A stretch of 64,000 bases of DNA from Polyangiaceae bacterium (GTDB lineage: Bacteria > Myxococcota_A > Polyangia > Polyangiales > Polyangiaceae), in NCBI GenBank assembly GCA_044376115.1, contig JBILLK010000024.1, positions 32,001 through 96,000 of the forward strand, given 5' to 3'. Of this stretch, positions 38,205-46,316 are shown piece by piece; the stretch's first letter is position 1; each line of letters begins with the position of its first letter. The notes under the pieces were generated by a model. The model searched no databases, had not been told where the DNA came from, and saw only the letters and a program-made list of their open reading frames with translations. A program made the translations under genes and the position numbers.

Positions 38205-39242
38205 ATGCTGCGCGCCATGCGATACCGGTATTCGAGTGGGTGGGGCTTTGCTCTGGTGATGGCGTTCGGCTGCGGGCCTTCCGGCGGAGGCGCAAGCAGC
38301 TCGGCAGCAGCTTCAGGCGCTCCGGCCAGCTCCGCGGCGAAGTCGACGAGCTCGGCGGCCAGCTCCGCATCGGCGGCTGCAGCCGGCTCCGCTGCGGCCA
38401 GCGCTGCGCCAGCGGCAGCTCCACCGAAGCCGGAGGCCTTTGGCCCGAACGTCACCAAAGAGGTGGTCGAGTCGGTCAACGCGTCGAACGGCTTCGACAC
38501 CAACCAACCCGCCTTCTCGATCGACGGCAAGCCCGCCACCTCGTGGAGTTCACCGCCCGAGGGCGCTTGGATCGAGTACGCGCTCTACCCCGGCACCCGC
38601 GTCGACGGCATCGAGCTCGCCGGCCAGCGCACCGGCAAGACCTCGAACGGCGAAGAACGCTGGGACATCAACGGCGTGATCAAGCAGCTGAAGGTCGAGT
38701 GGGACGGCGGCCAGGGCGAGCTCAGCTTCGACCGCGCGAGCGACAAGGGCGTGCGCAAAAAGCTGCCGATCGGCGCAACCACGCGCAAACTCCGGCTGAG
38801 CGTGGTCGCCTTCGACAAGGGCGCAAAGAGCGCGGACATCGACATCGACGAGCTGAACATCTTCGGCGCGGCCGGTTCGCTCAAGGCGCCCGACAAGACC
38901 GGCCTCACCAGCTTGTGCAAAGCCGAGTCGGTCGCCGTGCGCTTCAAAGATGGCGCCGTTTACGGCGGGGAGTGGCTACCGCCGCGCGACAGCGCAGAGC
39001 GCGCCATTCACTGGGACTTCACGCCCACCAAGTCGCGCGTAGACGACGGCGAGTGGCATACGCTCGGGCTCAAGTACGTTGAAGACTCCACCGTCCTGCC
39101 CGACGGGACCAAGGCCTACGCCTCGGACCTCAAGGCGGTGGGCAAGATCGCGCGTTACCGCGTCGCCGGGGACACCTTCGAGGGCGAACTCGATGGAAAG
39201 AAGTTCGCCGGCAAATGTGGAGTCACGATGACCGGTCAGTGA
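38205..39242 (+). CDS. Lipoprotein with discoidin/F5-8-like carbohydrate-binding domain
   Basis: Lipobox AFGC, Ser/Ala linker, AFSIDGKPATSW...GAWIE...LRLSV...IDELNIFG. Confidence 0.7.
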   Translation: MLRAMRYRYSSGWGFALVMAFGCGPSGGGASSSAAASGAPASSAAKSTSSAASSASAAAAGSAAASAAPAAAPPKPEAFGPNVTKEVVESVNASNGFDTNQPAFSIDGKPATSWSSPPEGAWIEYALYPGTRVDGIELAGQRTGKTSNGEERWDINGVIKQLKVEWDGGQGELSFDRASDKGVRKKLPIGATTRKLRLSVVAFDKGAKSADIDIDELNIFGAAGSLKAPDKTGLTSLCKAESVAVRFKDGAVYGGEWLPPRDSAERAIHWDFTPTKSRVDDGEWHTLGLKYVEDSTVLPDGTKAYASDLKAVGKIARYRVAGDTFEGELDGKKFAGKCGVTMTGQ

Positions 39243-39285
39243 GCTTGTCGCTGAGGCGCGCCGACCCACCTCGAGGTTCGGCGCG

Positions 39286-40014
39286 TCACTCCCCCGAACC
39301 TCGACGCAGCAGCGCGATGTTGTATTGGCCGCGCACGCGAGCCGGCGTCATCACGATCGTCACTTGTTGATGGCCGTTGGAGAAGCGAAACACGAAATCG
39401 AAGGACTGGACGCGCACGCGGTGGGGGTCGCGCACCAGCTCTTCGAAGCGACCTTCGAACTCGCGGACGCGAGCGCAAGGCGCGACCTCGGCGAAGAAGC
39501 GCTTGCCGATCACGCGCTCCTTGGGCAGCCCGACCATGCGCGATTCGGTATCGTTGTAGTGAAGCACGCGGCCCGCGGCATCGAGCGTTATCAAGCCATA
39601 CGGCAGCGCATCCAGCTGTTCGGGTGAGAGCCTGGCCACCGCGCCAAAGTCGAGCCCTTGGTCCTGCGTCGCGAGGGCTGGCTGACCGCCGTGGGGCATC
39701 GCCGCAAAGGGAGCGGGCGGCGCTTCTCCGGGCATCAGGCTTGGAGCCGCGGGCAGCGGTGGAGCCGGGGGAGCCGGGCGCGCGGTGACCTGCGAATGGA
39801 CCGTCGACGGCTCGTTGCTCGGCGTGGCGACCTGCAACATCTGGCTGCTGAAATCGCGAGTGATGCGTCGGCCCTGGGCGGAGAGCGCCGAACGCGCAGC
39901 GGCGAGCTCGCGACGCAGCGTCTCGACCTCGTCGCGCAGTCGCTCGATCTCGGCGTACAGCGCCGCTGTGGCCTGTTCACGCGAGAGCACCTGCGTCGAA
40001 TCGAAGGACGCCAT
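39286..40014 (-). CDS. Coiled-coil + photoactive yellow protein (PYP)-family PAS domain protein
   Basis: LDALPYGLITLDAAGRVLHYNDTE...VIGKRFFAEVAPC...F.GRF...FDFVF aligns to PYP with Y42, E46 and C69 equivalents. N-terminal heptads and a Pro linker. Start at the TGATG overlap. Confidence 0.85.
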   Translation of the reverse strand: MASFDSTQVLSREQATAALYAEIERLRDEVETLRRELAAARSALSAQGRRITRDFSSQMLQVATPSNEPSTVHSQVTARPAPPAPPLPAAPSLMPGEAPPAPFAAMPHGGQPALATQDQGLDFGAVARLSPEQLDALPYGLITLDAAGRVLHYNDTESRMVGLPKERVIGKRFFAEVAPCARVREFEGRFEELVRDPHRVRVQSFDFVFRFSNGHQQVTIVMTPARVRGQYNIALLRRGSGE

Positions 40015-41069
40015 CACGCGACCCTCCGAACGTCGCGTTCGACCGGCGGAGCAGGCGGAAGCAAACGGCGCAATCGCCCAATCAGCCGATCGATCGTCAA
40101 GGCATCGATACCCGGCGCATCCGCGACGGCCAGGAGCTGGAAGCGACCGCTCGTTCCGAGCGGCGCAAAAGTGGCGACGCCGCCCGCCGCCGAAGCGAGG
40201 TCCAGGCGTCGCAGCGCAACGCCCAGCCGACGCTCGGCGTAACTTGCGAGCGCGCGCAAGCTGGTGGTCACGCGCAACATCGTTTCGAGCGAGGGACCGC
40301 CGGCGCTCTGGCATGCCAGCAGCTCCTCTCCCAGCGTCACGGTGAGGCTGCGCGCAGCGCAGGAGGCGCGCAGCGCGCTGAGCTCGGCCAGCAGGCTCTC
40401 CGCCACTGCGCCGCTGCCACTCTTGGCCTCGCTCATGCCCGCGAGCGCGTCCGCCGCCGCCGACTCAGCCTCGAGGCCCTCCGCTTGCGCGGCGAGCATG
40501 GCGTAGGCCACGGTCGCATCGAGCAGCGAGGCCGCAGCCGGCCGACTCAACGAAAGCGTAACCAACGCCAGCGGCGGCGAAAGAAAGTGCAGCGGCCGCA
40601 CCACGAGGTGTCGCGCGTCGTTGGTCTCGAGGTGCAGCTCCCGCGCCTCGAAACCGAGCGCTCGTGCGAGTCGCAACGCCTCACCGCCCACAGCGGCGAG
40701 CGCAGCCTCTGCAGCGTCTTCCTCGCGCGTCCACGCGAGACCGGTTTCATCCACTAGCGTGACGTGACTCACGCCCTCGACGCCCAGCATCCGCTGCTTG
40801 AGCGCGACGGCCAGCCGCGCACCTTGCATCGTCACCACCGGTCCAGGCGGAAGCCCAACCGCAGCCCGCGTTCGATCGAGCGCGGCGCGCCCTTCTTTAC
40901 GTGTTTCCTCGAGGCGACGACGGCTCGTGTTGCGCTCGCGATTGAGCTCGCCTTCCAGCTCGTCGATCCGCTCACGCAGCGGCCGCGCTCTGCGCGCAAC
41001 CAGCATCCCGCTGGTCAACGCAGCCAGCCCCGAGCAGGCCAACGAAGCTGCCAGAATCAGCGGCTCCAT
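40014..41069 (-). CDS. Membrane-anchored coiled-coil protein with two Roadblock/LC7-like domains
   Basis: N-terminal TM helix, coiled coil, VEGVSHVTLVDETGL...ALAAVG (Roadblock pattern) and a second degenerate copy. Start at the TGATG overlap. Confidence 0.6.
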   Translation of the reverse strand: MEPLILAASLACSGLAALTSGMLVARRARPLRERIDELEGELNRERNTSRRRLEETRKEGRAALDRTRAAVGLPPGPVVTMQGARLAVALKQRMLGVEGVSHVTLVDETGLAWTREEDAAEAALAAVGGEALRLARALGFEARELHLETNDARHLVVRPLHFLSPPLALVTLSLSRPAAASLLDATVAYAMLAAQAEGLEAESAAADALAGMSEAKSGSGAVAESLLAELSALRASCAARSLTVTLGEELLACQSAGGPSLETMLRVTTSLRALASYAERRLGVALRRLDLASAAGGVATFAPLGTSGRFQLLAVADAPGIDALTIDRLIGRLRRLLPPAPPVERDVRRVA

Positions 41070-41437
41070 CAGACCGCCCCTTGCATCGCTTGCACGCGCG
41101 CAGCGAAGCTGAGCGCATCGGCGCGCAACGCACCGCTGGCCGCGCCGCTCGCGCCCACCAGCACCGCGGTGGAAGCGCCGTCGATATCGGCGAAGGCCAA
41201 CGTCGCCAGGTCGCCTTCGATCAGCACGGTGCGCAAAGCGCCGCAGCCCAGCTCGGCGCAAACGCGGTCGAGCAAATCACGCGCGGGTACGGCGAGGGCC
41301 ACCGCCGCCTTGGCGATCTCCGGTGCCAACGCCTCCGAGACGCGGACCTTGCCGCTCGGCTCCACGACCAACGCGGCGACGACCTCGCTGTTGTTGCGGT
41401 TGAGCTCGCGAAAAGTCGCCTCTGTAAGGTTTGTCAT
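41069..41437 (-). CDS. Roadblock/LC7 (MglB-like) protein
   Basis: 122 aa. EVVAALVVEPSG...ELGCGALRTVLIEGD...AVLVG....SGALR pattern of Roadblock/LC7. Confidence 0.8.
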   Translation of the reverse strand: MTNLTEATFRELNRNNSEVVAALVVEPSGKVRVSEALAPEIAKAAVALAVPARDLLDRVCAELGCGALRTVLIEGDLATLAFADIDGASTAVLVGASGAASGALRADALSFAARVQAMQGAV

Positions 41438-41560
41438 AGGTTTGCACATACGTTGGGCAAGCCAACCCCAAGTTCAAGGAGGTCGCTTGCAACAGAGCGT
41501 TCAACGGCAGTCCGGGGGCGGCTTCCGATGCGGCGACTGCAATGCTCCAATGAGGGCCTC

Positions 41561-42193
41561 ATGGAGATGCTGATCTTCTTCGCCGTGCTCTTGGGGATCA
41601 TGGCGATCGTCATCGTGGTCGTGCTCAAGAAGGGCCCCGAGTGGGCTGCTGCTGCTCGCAAAGCGCACGTGGAGAAGTGGACGCCCTACGCTCAAGCCCG
41701 CGGCTTTGCCATCGCGGTCGACGAGACCTCACGTTTCGGCGCGAACGTCGTCAAGCTCCAAGGCCAATTCGAGGGGGTCCCGATCGTGATCGACTCGTAT
41801 TCGGTCGAGCACACCGACTCCGATGGGCACCGCAGCAGCGAGACGTTCACCCGGGTGAACGCGCGAGCCTCCGCGCCGCTCGCGCTTCGCGCCTCGTTCT
41901 ATCGCGAGCACGCGCTCTCCGGACTCGGATCGCTGCTTGGCTTCCAGGACGTGAAGCTCGGTGACCCAGCGTTTGACGCGGCCTTCGTGGTCAAGGCCAG
42001 CGACGAGGGCGCCGTCCGCTACCTCTGTCACCCCGGCGTTCGGCAGGCGCTTTTGGCGCTACCCAAGCCGGTGCGCAGCTCGTACGAACAGGGCGTGATC
42101 GAGATTTCGTGGAAGGGCCTCGAGACCGAGCCAACCATGTTCGACGCGGCCTGCCGTGTCGCGAGCGCGCTCGCCACGCCCGCGCGCGGGTAA
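41561..42193 (+). CDS. Single-TM hypothetical protein (DUF3137-like)
   Basis: N-terminal TM helix. FQDVKLGDPAFDAAFVV motif. Confidence 0.65.
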   Translation: MEMLIFFAVLLGIMAIVIVVVLKKGPEWAAAARKAHVEKWTPYAQARGFAIAVDETSRFGANVVKLQGQFEGVPIVIDSYSVEHTDSDGHRSSETFTRVNARASAPLALRASFYREHALSGLGSLLGFQDVKLGDPAFDAAFVVKASDEGAVRYLCHPGVRQALLALPKPVRSSYEQGVIEISWKGLETEPTMFDAACRVASALATPARG

Positions 42194-42243
42194 GCGGCCC
42201 CCTCTTCGCCGACCCGCGCTCGTGCTAATCAGCGGCCACCATC

Positions 42244-44727
42244 ATGAGCGAGACCAACGACTCTCGAAACGAGCCCAAGAAATTCGACCACGCCGAGGTC
42301 GAGCCGCGCTGGCAAAAGCACTGGGAAGAGACCCAGCCGTTCGCTGCCAAGCGCCGCCCGGGACGCAAGAAGCGCTACATCCTGGATATGTTCCCGTACC
42401 CCTCGGGCGCGGGGCTGCACGTGGGCCACCCCGAGGGCTACACCGCGACCGACATCATCGCGCGTTTCGCGCGTATGCGCGGGGAAGACGTGCTCCACCC
42501 GATGGGCTGGGACTCCTTCGGTCTGCCGGCCGAGCAATACGCCATTCAAACCGGCACCCACCCGGCGACCACCACCGCCGGCAACATCAACACCTTCCGC
42601 CGTCAGCTCAAGATGCTCGGCTTCAGCTACGACTGGTCTCGCGAGCTGGCCACCACCGATGAAGAGTACGTGCGCTGGACGCAGTGGATCTTCCTCAAGC
42701 TGTTTCACCGCGGCCTCGCCTACCAAGATGAGATCCCGGTCAATTGGTGTCCGGCGCTCGGCACCGTACTAGCCAATGAAGAAGTGGTAGACGGCCTCTC
42801 CGAGCGCGGCAATCACCCGGTGGTGCGCGCGCCTTTGCGCCAATGGATGCTAAAAATAACCGCCTATGCCGATCGGCTGGCCGCGGACCTGAGCAAGGTC
42901 AATTGGCCGGACGGCACCTTGCGTATGCAACACGAGTGGATCGGTCGCAGCGAGGGCGCGGAGATCAAGTTCGCGGTGGCCGGCCATGAAGGCTCCACCA
43001 TCTCGGTCTTCACCACCCGACCGGACACGCTGATGGGCGTCACCTATGTGGTCTTGGCGCCCGAGCACGCGCTCGTCAGCGTGGTCACCACGGAGGCCAA
43101 CAAGGCCGAGGTCGACGCCTACGTAAAGAAGACCTCGGCTCGCAGCGACCGCGATCGCATGGCGCAAACCAAGCAAAAGACGGGCGTTGCCACCGGCGCC
43201 TTCGCCGTGCACCCGCTCACCGGCCAGTCGGTCCCCATCTGGGTCGCGGATTACGTGATTGGCACCTACGGCACCGGCGCCGTGATGGCCGTCCCCGGCC
43301 ACGACACGCGCGACTTCGAGTTCGCCAAAGCCTTCTCGCTGCCCATCGTCGAGGTGGTCAGCCCCGACGGCTCGCTGAAAGATTCGCTCGAGGAGGCCTT
43401 CACCGACGACGGCGTGGCGGTGCGCAGCGGCGAGTTCGACGGGCTCACCACCGAGGCCTGCAAGAAGGCCATCGTGCAGGCGCTAATCGCCAAAGAGCGC
43501 GGCTCCAGCAAAGTCACCTACAAGCTGCGTGACTGGGTGTTTTCGCGGCAACGGTATTGGGGCGAGCCGATACCCATCTATTTCCCGGTGGACCTACCGG
43601 AAGGCGGAGATCCGCGTCAGGGCGCCAAAGCGATTGTGCGTTACGACCAGCCGATCGCCGTCAAGGAGGAGGAGCTGCCGTTGCGCCTGCCCAACCTCGC
43701 CGACTACAGGCCCGGCGATGATCCGGCCGGACCGCTGGCCCGCGCCCTCGATTGGCGCTTCTTCGAGAAGGACGGCAAGTTCTACGCGCGTGAGACCAAC
43801 ACCATGCCGCAGTGGGCCGGCTCGTGTTGGTACTACCTGCGTTTCATCGACCCGAAGAACCAAGACGCTGCGTGGTCCAAAGAGGCCTACGAAGCGTGGA
43901 TGCCAGTGGACCTCTACGTCGGCGGCGCCGAGCACGCCGTGCTCCACCTTCTGTACTCGCGCTTCTGGCACAAGGTGCTGTTCGACGAGGGCGTGGTCAG
44001 CCACGACGAGCCGTTCACCAAGCTGGTTCACCAAGGGATGATCCTCGGGGAAGACGGCGAGAAGATGAGCAAGGCGCGCGGCAACGTCGTCAACCCCGAC
44101 GACATCGTGAAGGCCCACGGCGCCGACTGCCTGCGGCTGTACGAGATGTTCATGGGCCCGCTGGAGGCGGTGAAGCCCTGGCAGTCCTCGCAGATCCAAG
44201 GCGTGGTTCGCTTCCGCGACCGCGCCTTCAACCTGCTGCAAAAGCCGCTCACCGACGTGCTCGACGATGAGACCAAGCGGCTGATGCACCGCACCATCAA
44301 GAAGGTGACCGACGACATCGAGGCGCTCAGCTTCAACACGGCGATCAGCGCGATGATGGTGTTCTCCAACCACCTATCAACGCTCAACCCGGTGCCCAAA
44401 CAGGCGATCGAGACCTTGGCGTTGATCCTCTCGCCCTTCGCGCCGCACGTCGCCGAGGAGATGTGTCACTTGCTCGGGCGCAACGGCGGTATCGCGACGG
44501 CGGATTGGCCGAGCTACGACGAAGCGCTCACGGTGGATGACGTGATCGAGATGGCGGTGCAGGTGAACGGCAAAGTCCGCGGTCGCATCAAGCTCTCGCG
44601 CACCGCCTCCGAAGATGAAGCTCGCGCAGCCGCCCTCGCCGCAGACGGCGTGGAGTCCTTCATCGCCGGCAAGCCGGTGAAGAAGTTCATCTACGTCGCC
44701 GGGAAGATCGTCAACCTGGTGATCTGA
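42244..44727 (+). CDS. leuS: Leucine--tRNA ligase
   Basis: MFPYPSGAGLHVGH (HIGH), FTTRPDT, GTGAVMAVP, SRQRYWG, KMSKA and VQVNGK motifs. Confidence 0.98.
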   Translation: MSETNDSRNEPKKFDHAEVEPRWQKHWEETQPFAAKRRPGRKKRYILDMFPYPSGAGLHVGHPEGYTATDIIARFARMRGEDVLHPMGWDSFGLPAEQYAIQTGTHPATTTAGNINTFRRQLKMLGFSYDWSRELATTDEEYVRWTQWIFLKLFHRGLAYQDEIPVNWCPALGTVLANEEVVDGLSERGNHPVVRAPLRQWMLKITAYADRLAADLSKVNWPDGTLRMQHEWIGRSEGAEIKFAVAGHEGSTISVFTTRPDTLMGVTYVVLAPEHALVSVVTTEANKAEVDAYVKKTSARSDRDRMAQTKQKTGVATGAFAVHPLTGQSVPIWVADYVIGTYGTGAVMAVPGHDTRDFEFAKAFSLPIVEVVSPDGSLKDSLEEAFTDDGVAVRSGEFDGLTTEACKKAIVQALIAKERGSSKVTYKLRDWVFSRQRYWGEPIPIYFPVDLPEGGDPRQGAKAIVRYDQPIAVKEEELPLRLPNLADYRPGDDPAGPLARALDWRFFEKDGKFYARETNTMPQWAGSCWYYLRFIDPKNQDAAWSKEAYEAWMPVDLYVGGAEHAVLHLLYSRFWHKVLFDEGVVSHDEPFTKLVHQGMILGEDGEKMSKARGNVVNPDDIVKAHGADCLRLYEMFMGPLEAVKPWQSSQIQGVVRFRDRAFNLLQKPLTDVLDDETKRLMHRTIKKVTDDIEALSFNTAISAMMVFSNHLSTLNPVPKQAIETLALILSPFAPHVAEEMCHLLGRNGGIATADWPSYDEALTVDDVIEMAVQVNGKVRGRIKLSRTASEDEARAAALAADGVESFIAGKPVKKFIYVAGKIVNLVI

Positions 44728-44767
44728 GCCAGCAACGTTGGGCCGCTTGCCGTGAAGGTGTAACGCC

Positions 44768-45565
44768 GTGCTGGCCAAGAGCGCACGAGACTTTCATTCG
44801 GCGCCGTTGGGCGCCTTCACCGCAGGTGAGAGCTGGCTCTATTTTGCGTTCGAACGTGGCCCCCACGGCTACTCGCTTTGGGGGACGCCCAGCGCCGAGG
44901 ATATGCAGAGGCTGGCTGGCGTCCTCGAGAACGAGCTTGTGCGTGAACCGCCTCACACAGGGCTTGTCGACCTGCGCCACCTCGAGGGGGTTCGGCCCGC
45001 CACGTTCGCCGTGTTGGAGCGCTACACGGCGACCCACGGCGCGCGCCTACGAGAGATCGTGACGCATACCGCGATGGTCCGCCCGACGGGCTTGGTCGGG
45101 GTCATGGCGGAGGGCTTCTTCCGGATCGTCAAGCCGCCATTCGAGCTCTCCTACTGGACGCGAATCGAGGACGCCCTCGAGCGCGTTGGCCATCCTGATC
45201 CCGTGCATGGGGCGGCCGAGCTGGAGCAGGCACGCGCGACCGTCACTGGCCGCTCCCCACTGATGCTGAAACTGGCGACCTACCTCGAGAAGCACCTCGC
45301 AGATCCGAACATCGAAGAGGCCGCGCGTGCATGTGGCGTGTCGGTGCGCACCCTGCAACGTCAGCTCTCGGTGGAGGCCACTACCTTTGCGCGGGAGGCG
45401 ATGAGCCTGCGCATCCGTAGGGCCAAAATGCTGCTGCACGAGAGCGATGAGCCGATCACCGCCCTCGCGCTCGGCCTTGGGTTCGCTACCGCTCAGCACT
45501 TCAGCGAGGTGTTCAAGCGGGAGGTTGGAACCACGCCGAATTCGTTTCGGGCTCGGCGGAGCTGA
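44768..45565 (+). CDS. AraC-family transcriptional regulator with STAS/SEC14-like N-terminal domain
   Basis: GVSVRTLQRQL...LGFATAQHFSEVFKREVGTTP double HTH. Confidence 0.9.
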   Translation: MLAKSARDFHSAPLGAFTAGESWLYFAFERGPHGYSLWGTPSAEDMQRLAGVLENELVREPPHTGLVDLRHLEGVRPATFAVLERYTATHGARLREIVTHTAMVRPTGLVGVMAEGFFRIVKPPFELSYWTRIEDALERVGHPDPVHGAAELEQARATVTGRSPLMLKLATYLEKHLADPNIEEAARACGVSVRTLQRQLSVEATTFAREAMSLRIRRAKMLLHESDEPITALALGLGFATAQHFSEVFKREVGTTPNSFRARRS

Positions 45566-45571
45566 GGCTGT

Positions 45572-45609
45572 TTGGCGCGCTGACGAACACCGTTGGCGCC
45601 CACACGAAC
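45572..45609 (+). promoter_or_regulatory. Tandem 17-bp direct repeats, probable AraC-family operator
   Basis: TTGGCGC-N4-ACGAAC at 45572 and 45593 (21-bp period), between the AraC gene and the next gene. Confidence 0.7.
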
Positions 45610-45633
45610 GACGGGGACCAACAAACGAAGCAA

Positions 45634-46290
45634 ATGGTCCGCATGAACCGCTTCACTCCGTCCTCCGTAGATGCGTTATCACGCATCAGCGCTCTCCTCT
45701 CGACGCTCTGTCTTTCATTCGCCGTCCCCGCGTTAGCAGCCGCGGAGGAGGAGCCGGCCTCTCCGGAACCCGAGGTCCAGCAGGCGGAGCCGCTGCCGCA
45801 ACAAACCCAGCGCGCACCGGCGGAAGCCGACTGGTATCCGGCGCGAGAGCAGGCCACCGTGCCGCGGGACCGCCGCGGCCGCGAGAGGCTGACGTTCCCC
45901 GCTGAACCGGACCTCGCCGCACCGGAAGGTTACGAGCTCGCGTTCCGTCCGCTGAAAGGCCTCATCTATGGCGGGGTCGGCGCGCTCGGGGGTGGCTACG
46001 CGATGAGCTTGGTCGTCAGCGGCTTCGACTACCTGGGCAGTCACGGTGAGGGTCCGACGCCCATGCTCTACATCCCCGTAGCCGGGCCCGTCATCGCGGC
46101 CGCACTCGACCCGGACAGCCTCGCGACCGGGTTCTACGTCGCGTCAGGCATCATCCAGAACGCCGGCCTCGCGATGATGATCATCGGTGCGACCATCGAG
46201 CGGCCGGTGTTCACCGCCATCGACATCGGCGCGCAGCCGGTCAACATCGGCTTTGGGCCAGGCACCATCACGTTCTCCGGCGAATTCTAG
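45634..46290 (+). CDS. Exported/membrane protein with Gly-rich hydrophobic helices and C-terminal Phe beta-hairpin
   Basis: Signal peptide, acidic linker, hydrophobic segments, ends in FGPGTITFSGEF. Confidence 0.65.
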   Translation: MVRMNRFTPSSVDALSRISALLSTLCLSFAVPALAAAEEEPASPEPEVQQAEPLPQQTQRAPAEADWYPAREQATVPRDRRGRERLTFPAEPDLAAPEGYELAFRPLKGLIYGGVGALGGGYAMSLVVSGFDYLGSHGEGPTPMLYIPVAGPVIAAALDPDSLATGFYVASGIIQNAGLAMMIIGATIERPVFTAIDIGAQPVNIGFGPGTITFSGEF

Positions 46291-46316
46291 GTTGCGCCGT
46301 TCCCGAACGGGCGAGG

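Noticed and set aside
40015..40314. Longer N-termini given by the ORF track for the PYP gene (40314) and the double-Roadblock gene (41261)
   Set aside because: They overlap the upstream genes extensively. The TGATG-coupled ATGs at 40014 and 41069 are more plausible.
42194..42243. T-box or attenuator upstream of leuS
   Set aside because: Only 50 bp of intergenic space and no T-box motif.
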